NCBI GenBank assembly: GCA_964016885.1 | Contig: OZ024740.1 | Location: 102,796,001-102,860,000 of the forward strand | Source of the DNA: Eledone cirrhosa | Lineage: Eukaryota | DNA: 64,000 bases | Reading direction: 5' to 3' | Shown here: positions 24,483-36,170 of the stretch, piece by piece | Numbering within the stretch: position 1 is the first letter of the stretch | Layout of the letters: every line of letters starts with the position of its first letter | Position numbers and translations under genes: made by a program | Notes under the pieces: model-generated | Databases searched by the model: none | Seen by the model: the letters and a program-made list of their open reading frames with translations, nothing else | Told to the model about the DNA's origin: nothing

Positions 24483-25701
24483 TCAGTTTTTTTTATTGTG
24501 AGTTGTTGTGGGTACAGTGTTTTCAGACCAGCTGGTATCTCTTTTCCACGTTTCACCAGCCTTAACAAACTTCCATATCTTCCCATCATCACGTAGGCTG
24601 AAGCTTTCATGTTCTGCCGAGCTGCGGTTTAAGGAAGCTGCAGCACGCAACTTTGGGCCGACATCAGGTGGAAGACCAGTGCGTGTTCGGAAAGCAATCC
24701 GACTTTCACGCCTAACTTTATCAGAGGCTAAAAGGTATGAACGTGCCTCAGTTGAGTTCGAAAAAGACAGTCTAATTAGCCTGGGTTTCGGGCCTGGTCG
24801 GCCAAGGCGTAGAGCACCCTTCGCGGGAGCGCAGCCCAAGTCTTTGGATGAACTGGCAACAAATGCCTGAAGATCAACTATGTCTTCTGGTACACCAATG
24901 GAAATCACTTCGTGGTTTGCAGATTCAGTGGCATTCTTAATGCGTCTAGGTTCAACATGAGGTACGCGGAGATTTTTTAACAAGGCAGTCCGGTAAGATC
25001 CCTCATTGTGAGGTTCTACACGAACACTTGATTTTATTCCCGCTATTTCTCGGTTTAAAGCGGAAATCATTTGCCGTATTTCCTCAAACTCCGTATTGAC
25101 AGTCGATTTTTGTTGCTGTTCTTCTTCTTCAGCAGGCATGGTAGGGGAAGACATAGTCGTCGGTTGATGTTGTTGAAAAGTAATGGGGGAGGAAGACATG
25201 GGTTGCTGTTGTTGATGAAGTCCTTCAACGGGGCTAGTAGCAGAAGCTACGGTCGTTGGTTTTTGCTGTTGTTCAGGAACAATGGTAGAGGAAGACACGA
25301 TCTTCGGTTTTTGTTGTTGTTGTTCAGGAACAATGGTAGAGGAAGACATGATCTTCGGTTTTTGTTGTTGTTGTTCAGCAGCAATGGTAGAGACAGACAT
25401 ACAGTCCAGGCACTGAAAGGACCAATTTGTTAGCTGGATCATCTCCCAGAGTCCATCCATCTTAGCAATATGATATTTCTTGCTTTGGCCTGGGATCTTC
25501 CGGAAGCCTGTGGCACATTGAAGGTAGACAGATGCAACAGGTTCCACATTCGACCCAACGATTACGGAACGAGTTTTCGGGTTCCGTACAGATATGGCAG
25601 GTGTGATTTTCTGGGCAATGTTCTATTTTGGAACATCGACCAGTTTTGTCGCATACTTCATCCATGGATATCACCATGGCAATTTTGTTATTTCTGCCCA
25701 T
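24483..25701 (-). pseudogene. CR1 ORF1 with N-terminal PHD-like finger (frameshift near 25530)
   Basis: ATG 25701 (MGRNNK). CHIC...WVECGTC / LQC...WSFQCLDC, SSSTIVPEQQQQKPKI repeats, RLG..PRLIRLSF. Confidence 0.8.
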
Positions 25702-26277
25702 CCGTAGAAAAACACAGAATGTAAACAATATAGGTTTAGCACACTTGATTACGATAGAAATAAAATGTTTGTTTTTTGTGTATTTTTGTATTTAGTGTAT
25801 AGTTTTCGTTTCACAACTCCATTACATGATGAGTTTCCATATGTTAAGTTTCAATTGAATAAGAGAACTTTGTATAGGGATCCATTGAGTAGAAGAGGGA
25901 GGGAGGGACAGCAAATGAGAGAGAGGGGAGACAGAGTGAGAAAGAGAGAGGTTGAAAGAAAAAATATTGTCAGAAAAAAACCCAAAAAAAACATGTATGT
26001 ATGTGGGCACATGTGCAAGTGTGTATGTATATGGGATATTTATGTATGAAAAAGTTCAATTATAAAAATATTGTTGGAAATATTTTCAAGGGAATGCATA
26101 AATAACACCAACAGTAGTAAATGTAGAAAAACTACTTCATTGTAAAATAAACACCTCAGAGTTTGAAGTTGGTCAAAATAGTCAAAATATTGACCCCGAA
26201 TAAAATCTGATCCCCCCCCGCCTCATGTTACCATCGATTTTTTTATCAATATTCCCCTGCTTATATTCGAGTATATA

Positions 26278-26783
26278 CAGGGCTGGATTTAATGAGGAGC
26301 AAAGGTGGCCCCACTAGTGATGGCCGTAGCAATGTATTTGTGCCCTCTGCTGGGCTTTTTAGTTTTATCCTTTTGACAATGAAAACTATATTTTTAACAG
26401 AAAGTATTTATTGTCCTTACTGTGGAAAAATTTATCAAATTATCTCAACTTTAGAGACATCAGGTTGTTATCAGAACAATAATTGATGTTGTTGTGTAAC
26501 GTGGTTGTGCTCTGATTGCAAAAAAGTGGTTATGTTAGGAGGCCATGCGGAATATGTAATGTATGAGCAAAATGAGGTAACTCTGATATATCTGGTTTTG
26601 GATGGTTAGATTTGTTTAATTTAATACTTGTATGTATAACTTTTCAATTACAATTACTTATGCCAACTGACATTTGGGGTTTGGTGTGTATTCTAATTTC
26701 TTGTGTATTCTAATTTCTTGTGTATTGGGGTCCCCAGCAAACCTGAAGTGCCCCAGGTTCTCCAAGGTCTAAATCCGGCACTG
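26278..26783. mobile_element. hAT-type MITE
   Basis: TIRs CAGGGCTGGATTTA / TAAATCCGGCACTG; 8-bp TSD AGTATATA / TGTATATA. Confidence 0.82.
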
Positions 26784-28822
26784 TGTATATACAGTCAATA
26801 GACCAAATTGAGGTATTCATCATAGTTTGAGATGAAGGGAGTACACAGCTTATAAGATATGTAACAAATTAAAGCAGTATAATGCTGTGTAATTTCATGA
26901 GTTTTTCTGAAAGGCAGGTGTTATTTATCCCTGAACTTTAACATACTCACTCACACCCCCCACACATGTGCATACACACACACACACACTGAAGCCCACA
27001 CACATGTGCGTGCACATACATAGTCTCAAATGCATACACACAAACTCAGACACACACACTCAAACACACACACACAGATACACAAATATATATTGTTATT
27101 TAGAAACAGCTGATGATTCATTGCCATTGCTATAAATAGTTCCTTGTCAGATGACAGAAAAATGAACAAACTCAGTAGTCTTTATTGTCTGGCTGAATGA
27201 TCACTTAGTTTGAGACAAGAAAATATATCACTGAGCATGAGACAAGAAAATCTATCGACAAAGTGAATCCTCAGCTGTTTTCCAATAAATATACTTTACT
27301 GTATGTATTGAGTGCTCCTTTTTCTCACTTGCAATACCAAATGTATATGAGTCTGTGTATGTATAAATTTATATTACAAACAGCTTGCACTGTGGGATAT
27401 TTTCTTCATGAGATGCAACTGAGTAACAGTTCAGACAGAGGTATAGTGTCTGTCTGTCTCTCTCTCTCTCTCTCTCCATTTCTTTCGTTTCTTGATCCTC
27501 ATTTCCTTTTCTTTTCTTATCATTTTCATTTTTTCTTCCCTTTCTGTTCCCTTTAATAGTGTGTTTTGTTTTTCTTCGATACTGCTCAATGCGTACCAAT
27601 AGATAATCAAATCAATAAAGAAAATACAATAAAATTTCAACATATTTTCTGGCAGCATGTCAAGATTTTTTGGTTCACATTCTAGCATGCCCCCCCCCCC
27701 CCTCTCCTACCCACCTTCTGTTGTTTTTTACTTGTTCAGGATTTGTTCTTCACTCTCAACTTTGTTCTTTTTCTATGACAGGAAGTACTGTATACAGCCA
27801 TTCTTATACTTCAAAGACTCTTCAAATCCCTTAAATTGTAGTCACTTTCTATCACATACTTACACCATATTGTATTACCAAAGCACCATCAACTCAACAA
27901 CCAACACTTTTTTTGGTCAATGTCATATGACCATTACATTTAATGAGTATGGCGATGTGAACTAGATACTATTGCAGGGCCTCTTCTTAGTTTGGGAGCA
28001 GTGGCATATTGCTGGGGGAGGGGGAGGGGGCAGCTGCACCTCCCAAAGTATTTTTGGAAAATTCTGAATTTTTAAAAAAACTTTTCTTGTCTATTTTAAT
28101 TACACAAAACATAAGATATGTACAATGCAATAATGAATAAAGATGTCATGATAATGATTGGCATGCATAAAAGTGACCCTTGACCTTTTATATTATATAC
28201 CTGTCATTCATTTTTTTTCCTTTTTACGTCCGCTTTTCACTGCTCTTATGTACATTTCTTGTCTTGTACAAATAACGCATCAAATAATGACATCAAGTCT
28301 GTAAAGTGGTTGAATTGTGTTGAAAAAAATGCACCCAGTATATTTTCTAAAATTAGTCATTTTTGTCAGAAAATTAGCCAGTGTTTGTAACTCCAAACAT
28401 GATAGGAGCAATGTTTATGTTTTGGAGAATTGAGTTTAGGAATACATTAACATTTTTTTCTTTGCTACCACCTAGATCCTGATCTCCCAGACCTTTCACA
28501 TATTTAATCAGACTTTCCTCACCTTAATGAGGATGTCTGCTTTGTTTTGCTTTTGGGGTACAAAAAATTTGTCAAAATCGTGGATCAATTCTCATAAAAA
28601 ATGTGTGGTTTCTTCTACTCTATTCCTCTTTCCTAGTGTAGTTTTTAGGATTGCTGCTATTACCTTGGGTGCTGAATTCACCCCAAACTTTATTTGAGCA
28701 AGACAGTTCTTACTCCAAAAGGTTTAGCTGCATGGAGCTGATTTCAGGTTGAAAATCATGTCTCCATGCTAACATAGTTTCTCTGCATACATCTGCTGTA
28801 TCACCTCCTGTGTGACATGTGG

Positions 28823-29402
28823 CATGACAATTCAACTTCTTGAAGTTCAACATTGATCGGACCTTGGTTTTTAATGACTGAGCTATCCTTTTCTCGCTCA
28901 CATCTCACCCATGTCGGATGGTCTGTATCTCTCGTCCATGAATTCACCAAGCTTAAGCTTACAGATATCATATACTTGTCTCTTCCTATCTTTCCGTTGC
29001 AATACCATCGTTGTTTGTTTACATGTCTCGCTCATTTCACCCTATTTCACTTGTCCCAATAACTTTATTTAGTTATTGCTCGCACCAACCAGAGGTATAT
29101 GATTTTTAAAGCGATGAAATACCAATGAAAGTTGGAAAATCACTGATGAAGGACTAATTTTCTTCATATGTAACCCATGTGCAACCACGCAGAACTCCAT
29201 TTTTCTTATATTTATATTTTTTCTTTAGCTGCGATTCTCTGTTTCTTTTTTTACTGCTTCCCCTCTCTCTCTATCTCTCACCTTCTTTTTACCCCCTCTG
29301 CCAGTCACACTCTCTCTCGGCTGGCCTCTTCCTCACACTTCTACTCACTGACATGACAATTCAACTTCTTGAAGTTCAACATTGATCGGACCTTGGTTTT
29401 TA
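28823..29402. repeat. Identical 51-bp direct repeats bounding a ~480-bp insert
   Basis: 28823-28873 equals 29352-29402. Confidence 0.85.
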
Positions 29403-30147
29403 CTCACGTTTTCATCTTATGGTACAAGAATGTCTTCTATTAATCTTTACACCTCTTTCTTAAACTCAGCTTTCACCACTCCCCCCTTTTACCACTTGTT
29501 TGTACCACTGTATGTGATCTTCTATCCATCTACTGCTCTTATTTTTCCCTTCTTACTCCACCCCTCAACTAATCCTAGAGTAATTAATGTAGTGGTACAA
29601 CCCAATGAGGGTCTTCGTTTTCTACCAACCAACACCTTCATTGTTGGCACCATGCATTGAGGTGCCTTTACTGGGGAGAAGGGGTAGCTACCAGCATGAC
29701 AGCTTCTGTTTGCCTATTTTCCTAGGTAACTTGATTACACTTATTAACAGATGATTTCAAGCCTCAATTCTTTGCAGTCTTTAATTATGAAACATTGTCA
29801 ATTAAATATTTACACTTGCCTCTGGATTTTTCTTGGCCTTATGCTAGTTGCTTTTCACTGCCTTCAGTCACTCTGAGGTACAACAGTTGCTGTACAAAGT
29901 CCTGTATCCTACGGACGATCACCACCTTAATACTTGATATTTCACTCATGGCCAAATTGTCTATGCCAGAAAACTGTTCAAGTGTTATTGTGATGTGGTT
30001 CGGGGAACTGGTTACAAATGCAAGATTCACCATCCTTCTCCCACAAATCCTGCCACGTAAGAGTCATCCTCTTAATTTAATCACCAGTCCACCACTCCCT
30101 CCCAGCTTTCCCTGCATTCTGCTGATCTTTATCGTACATATGTAGAC

Positions 30148-30560
30148 ACAACATGGCTGAATGGTTAAGAGGTTGACTTCACAATCATTAGGTCCCAGGT
30201 TCAATCCTACTGAGTGGCATCATGGGCAAATGTCATTGACCATAGTCTTTGTAAGTGAAACTTGGTAAATGGAAACTATTTGGAATTCCGTTGAGTGAAC
30301 TGAATCTGTAACTCAAAGGTCTGACCTTCTTTACATGCACGGTATTATGCTGAAGCCCCAAAAGTGAGTTGTATATGAATTTCAAAGGACCAGTCTTGTC
30401 ACTTACTATGACGTTGAATTTTCCTGGGAATTACTTTAAGGGGACACGTGTCTGTAGAATGTTCAGCCACTCACACGTTAATTTCACAAGCCTGCTGTTC
30501 TGTTGATAGAACAATTGGAACAGTCATCGTCGAAACTGATGGAAGTCCATTCCATTTCAT
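30148..30560 (+). mobile_element. Old tRNA/CORE-like SINE
   Basis: ATGGCTGAATGGTTAAG A-box, GGTTCAATCC B-box, TGGGCAAATGTC CORE-like stretch. Confidence 0.6.
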
Positions 30561-31067
30561 CATTCATCTACAAAGAATATTAACACGTCTCCTAACAACT
30601 GCATGATGCTAGCGAAGTCATCAATATCTTGAGGTTTTGCCTTCTTATGCCACGTGATCATACTCACTGAAGGCTTTCCTGCCAGCTTGTATATTTTCAC
30701 CGTCTATTACTTTGCAGGTAAATGTCAGTTATGTTTGCTATGCTTTTACTTTAATGTATGTTAGTCATGTTTATAATAATTTGAATTGTTTTAACATAAC
30801 CTTATTAATCCAACTTCACAAACATCCTTGTACGCTTCAATGGAAAATAACTATCTTAAAGGCTAAACCATATCCGGAGTTGTCTCCCTTACTGGGAAAA
30901 ACGTAAAAGCAAAGAATGAGTGATTGCCTTTTCGTTTCTATTTAGATTTTGAATGTTTCATGAATTAAAACTCATTTACGTGTCATAAATTAATTTCTGG
31001 TCTCTTTTAATTAAAACTAGTAGCGAAATAATCCTCAAATCCCACCCTAATGTGTTTTAAAAGGAAG

Positions 31068-31190
31068 AGTGGTGGATTGGCAGTAATCGATGGAGCGTCG
31101 GACAACATACTTTGCAGCATATCGTTACGTCCCTTTACGTTAGGCTTTGCCTTTCATTTTTACGGGGTCGATTTAATTGAACCATTAAGC
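31068..31190 (+). mobile_element. SINE family A, internally deleted
   Basis: GTGGTGGATTGGCAG...TTTGCCTTTCATTTTTACGGGGTCGAT. Confidence 0.75.
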
Positions 31191-31465
31191 CACACAGCAT
31201 CACTATGGTTCTTAGAAAATGTGCTTGAAAAACAGACATAATTTACTCCACCTAAGACATGCATGTCAGAATAGGCAGTGTGGTTCTCAACTGGGCAGGC
31301 TTGTGATATATCTGTCCCTAGTCATTTGGATATCTACTTGTATGATATAGGCCTGCTCAAGCATAGCTAACCTGGCATTACACAACAAAAATGCTTCAAC
31401 TATATCATACTCTCAACTACCAAAAAGGAACTTAGGGCTCCAGGGCTCCTGATCCTATTATTATT

Positions 31466-31668
31466 AGGGTGGTGGATTGGAAACTATGCATCGCAGGATA
31501 GAGTTATGTCCCTTTATGTTCTGAGTTCCAAATCTCGTCATGGTTAGCTTTGCCTTTCATCCATACGGAGTCGATAAAATAAAGCACCAGTAATGCAGTA
31601 GTCGATTTAATCGACTTACTCCCCCTCAAAATTGCTGGCCTTGTGCCTAAAGTAGAAACAATTATTAT
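31466..31668 (+). mobile_element. SINE family A
   Basis: Central domain and CTTGTGCCTAAAGTAGAAACAATTATT tail. Confidence 0.85.
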
Positions 31669-32559
31669 AATAGAGTAGTGTAGTTAATACAAAGCATTGT
31701 GAGATATGTAGTAAAAGACCGATAAGTTTCAAAAAGGTGGTACAATGCAGTCGAAAAATACAAAGGGTAAATGATGACAAATAAAACAAAAAGTAATGAT
31801 TTACCCAGTGTCTTTCGACATGATATTTCAGGGCTATTACCTTTTTTTTTTTTAAATATGGGGCTGAAACAGTTCAAAACTAAACAAAACGTGTCTTTAA
31901 TGTGCATATGCAGAGTTGCTACAGTAACTATTCAGCCTCATGCATTTCCAATCTATTATTCATCTTTGTTTTATTTTCTGGCTATGATAATTTCCTCTTT
32001 AATTCTTAAATTGCCTATATTCCAACTGTTTCTAGCAACACTGCATTCCATTAAGTTTTGACTACATTGACACTAAGGGTAGCTTCTAGAAGTATAAGGA
32101 TTAGGAATGGGGTTAACTATTTCATTAACCCATTTTTTTTTTCTCTTTTAAGTAGTATTGCAAAAAAGGAGGGAAAGGGCAAGGATATTTAGTAACGAAA
32201 GGTAGAAAGGGCAACAGACTACATCTAAGCCAGAGTGGTGTTTCGGTTACCACATTTCTAATGGAATACACTGCCTATGATTTTGAAAATAACAATTTGA
32301 AGGGATTTAGTAATATAACTTTCTTAATATGTATCTGCTGTTTAGAACGTAACTTAAAAAGTTCTTACATAGAAATATGACGGAAGGTGTTTACATTTAT
32401 GGTAGAGTATGGTCATATAACTCCTGATGGAGTCATAGGAGTGTATTTCTTGGGTATTTTAAGCCTGGCGGAGCCCATCCCTCTCCAGGTCTAAATACAG
32501 CAAATTTCTTCTAGAGAAAGATAGCGTGAGAGAATAGAAGGGAGAGAGAGAGATATAGA

Positions 32560-32665
32560 GGAAAAATCAACTCCAGTACCAGACTGGTACATTTGTTATC
32601 GACTTTGAAAGGATGAAAGGTAAAGTTGACCTCGGTGGGATTTGAACTGAGAGCTGGAGTTGGTA
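32560..32665 (-). mobile_element. SINE family A fragment abutting a CR1 tail
   Basis: Reverse complement of the B-box and central domain. Confidence 0.7.
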
Positions 32666-32666
32666 T

Positions 32667-35600
32667 AATAATGAAATTATTGTGTACAGTGCTCAGGTGC
32701 ACTACAACTCATCAAAGGTGCATGTATAGTACATAGAATAATGTACAAATGTCAGGAAAATGAACAGTGTATGAGTCATGATATAATAATAATAACAATA
32801 ACAATGAAATATTGTGTAGTGCCCAGGTGCACCACAACTCATCAAAAAGTGCATGTACAGTACATAGGGCAATGCACAAACATCAGGAAAATGAACAGTG
32901 CACGAGTCATGATACACATGTGTATGGAAGGGGTACATCAGGTGTAGTTTTGGCGTATTTCGGGAAGCATGAGTGTCTTAAAGGATGCAGTGTCTCGGCA
33001 GCAAACAACTGACGCAGGCAGTTTGTTCCATGCTTCAGCAACTCTGAGCATGAAAAAATGTCTACGAAAGTCATGGGAGCTGTGCTGTTTTCTGATTTTG
33101 TAGGCATGTCCACGTGTGTTAGACACATGGAGATCAAAAAGGTGCTCAGGGTTGCAATTGGTGAGATGGTTAATAACTTTGTGGGTATTCACCAAGTCCA
33201 TTGCCAGACGTCGGAGCTTCAATGAATCCATGCCCAGGGAAGCAAGACGTTCAGAGTATGGTAGGTGTCTGATGGAGAGTATGCGCTTGGTTGCACGTCT
33301 CTGAACAGTTTCCAGGAGGTCAATGTTCTGAGCAAGATAGGGGTTCCAGACTGATGATGCGAATTCCAACTGTGGTCGTACCATAGCTGTATACAGTTTT
33401 AAATAGATGGCTGGAGAGTGGCTAACAAAGGTCTTGCTGAGTGATGCCAAGACACCCTCGGCCTTCTTGACAATCTTAGAGACATGCTTTGTCCAACACA
33501 AATCGCTGCTGACAGTAATGCCTAAGTCACGTTCACAAGAGGACTTCTTGATATCAGTGTTGTGGCGGGAGTATGTGGACACTGGATTTTTCCTCCCAAA
33601 ATGCAAGGTGGTACACTTGTCCACAGCCAGCTTCAGTTGTCAGTCTGTCACCCATTGCTGCATTGTGTCCAGGTCTGATTGTAGGAAAGAGTTGTAGATT
33701 TCAGGATCAGCCCTTTTGATTTCAAGGTACAGCTTGATGTCATCTGCATATTTCAGTACCGTGGCATTCTGTAAGTTGGCATCTATGTCATTAATATATG
33801 CCACAAACAAAAGGGGACCAAGAACAGATCCCTATGGTACACCAGATGACATCTCATATGGTGAAGAATGCTGTCCTAGAACCGTGACTACTTCTTTTCG
33901 GCTGAGAATGAAGGATTTCAACCAGTCGAAAAGATCATCCCTCACACCCATTGCAGAGTTTTGCCATAAGTCTTTTGTGTGGCACAGAATTAAAAGCCTT
34001 AGCAAAGTCAAGGTAAACAACATCCACCCATGAGCCGCTGTCAGTGATCCGGGTGATGTCTTCAAGGAACTCGATAAGCTGATCACAGCAGCTGGAGTTA
34101 GGGATAAATCCAAACTGTGAGGGCCAGATGAGGCTGTGAGAGCTCCAGAAGTTCCAAAGTGTTTCTCTGACACAGGATTCCATCAGTTTGGCCATACAGC
34201 TAGTAAGACTGACTGGACGATAGTTGACAGGTGACATGCGGTTGCCCTTTTTGAACAGGGGAATGACACTGGCAGTTTTCCACTGCTCCGGAGTAGCACC
34301 ATTGTTGAGACAGTACTGAAAGAAAGAAAGAAAGCTGGCGCAAAAGGAAATACCCGCCACGTTTGAGAAGCAGGTATGTAACACCATCAAGACCAGGGGA
34401 GGCATAGTTGCGCTTATTCTTAAGGTGACGTCGCAACATTGCAGGTGTAAATTCCATAGTTGTTATGGAATTTGATGTTAGAGATGGTGGAGATGGTACA
34501 TTCTGGTTTTCTACAGTAAAAATACTTGCATAGCAATCAGCAATGAGTTCTACCACATTCTTTGGGATCGTCAGTGATCTGGCTTGTGTGGGGATTGCGA
34601 AGAGGACCAACTGGAGAGTGAGGTCTCTGCTTTGAATGAACATATTTTCAGAACACCTTACTGTCAGGATTGGTTGCTATGCACTGTTCAAATTCAAGCA
34701 CTGCCTTCTTTGTCACTTGCTTGAGATGGTTAGAAGATTTATTCCGCTTTTTTCTCTTGGCATCTGATTTATGCAGTTTATATTCCCGTTCAGCGTTCCG
34801 ACGTTCTCTCCCGGCAAGTCGGACCGCTGAAGTTTCCCAAATTGCACTTTTAGGGTGTTTTTTTTCTGCTTACGTGACACCGATGCTGCACACGCTATCC
34901 ATATTGAGTCCAGGATGCTCTGGAGTATAGTGTTCACATCTCCAGAGTTATACATCTCATGCCAGTTTGGGCGCTGTAGCTCAGTGCAGTACAAGTTCCA
35001 ATCTGCTTTCTTCCAATCAAAGCAAGCAGATTGGAGATGGTTCTGGTTTTTGTTGCTGCCCGCAAGAGCCAGATTGGCAATGATAAAAGCATGATCAGAG
35101 TCGCCTAGAGGTTCCTCAGTAGTACAACTGATAACCACTTCAGGAGTAGTGGTGAAGATCAGGTCCAAAGTGTTGTCACCTCTTGTTGGAGAGGTGACTA
35201 CTTGTGACCAGTTTGAGTCCAGCACTAGTTCAAGGAAATCGTTTGCACCTTGTGGCCAACGAAAGGTTTCCCAATCGATCTCAGGATGATTGAAGTCACC
35301 TGCAATAAACACATAAGTGGCTGTTTTCTTGGCAGCAACTCTGAGGATATCGCAAAGCTGTGTGTCCTGATGGTAGTTTTGGGAGGGGGGGGGGGGGGGG
35401 GGCGATAAACAACACCAAGCAGAAGTGTTGACATGGTCATACGTATGTCACAGATAAAACTTCTTCCTGTGATTCGTTCAAATCAACACAAGGAATTACC
35501 GAAAAGTTTGAACCAACGTAGACCATCACACCACCACCACGGCGATTAATGCGGTCCTTGCGGAAAATGTTGTACCCAGCTGGTATCTCTCTTCCACGTT

Positions 35601-36170
35601 TCACCAGTCTTAACAAACCTCCAGATCTGCCCATCATCACGCAGAGTAAAACTTTCATGTTGTGCTGAGTTCCGATTCAAGGAAGCTGCAGCATGGAGCT
35701 TTGGACGTACATGGGTGGTAGGCCTGGGCGTGTTCGGAAGGTAATCCGATTTTCACGCCCAGCTTTAACAGAGACCAGATGGTATGAGATTGCCTCAGTG
35801 GGGGTCCGAAAAAGACAGCCTGATGAGTCTGGGTTTTGGACCAGGTCGACCAAGGCGGAGACCACCCTTTGGGGGAACACAGCCTAGGTCTTTGGCTGAG
35901 CTGGCAGCAAATGCCTGAAGATCAGCCTTGTCCTCTGGTACCCCAATGACAATTACTTCATGGGTAGCAGATTCCGCAGTCTTCTCAGTGTGGCCAGATA
36001 CGGCAAGAGGTACAGGGAGATTCTTTAGCAAGGCATTCCGATAAGACCCCTCATTGTGGGGTCCTACCCGAATGCTTGCCTTTATTCCTGTTACTTCCCT
36101 TCTTAAAGCAGAAATCATTAGTTGCAATTCTGCAAAATCTGTACTGGTCGGTTGTTGTATCAAAATGATT
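32667..36170 (-). mobile_element. Decayed CR1-type LINE with doubled 3' UTR and an internal deletion
   Basis: Homologous to 21522-25760. Extra 3' UTR copy at 32667-~32795. ORF1/ORF2 junction deleted at ~35580. Confidence 0.92.

Larger units (their letters stand above)
21522..25760 (-). mobile_element. Near full-length CR1-type LINE
   Basis: ORF1 (PHD, Q-rich repeats, coiled coil), then APE-RT ORF2, 3' UTR and (ATT)n tail. 5' boundary is approximate. Confidence 0.93.
21223..26794. mobile_element. Tc1/mariner-superfamily MITE expanded by nested insertions
   Basis: TIR CTGTATATACTCAAATATAAGC at 21223. Mate GCTTATATTCGAGTATATA..CAG is split by a hAT at 26278-26783. Interior 26150-26245 matches the compact copy at 53248-53470 in reverse. 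Confidence 0.75.

Noticed and set aside
27112-27170. Other CTGATGA hits (27110, 29143, 36312, 54556)
   Set aside because: No correctly placed GAAA, stem III or stem I, so not called hammerheads.
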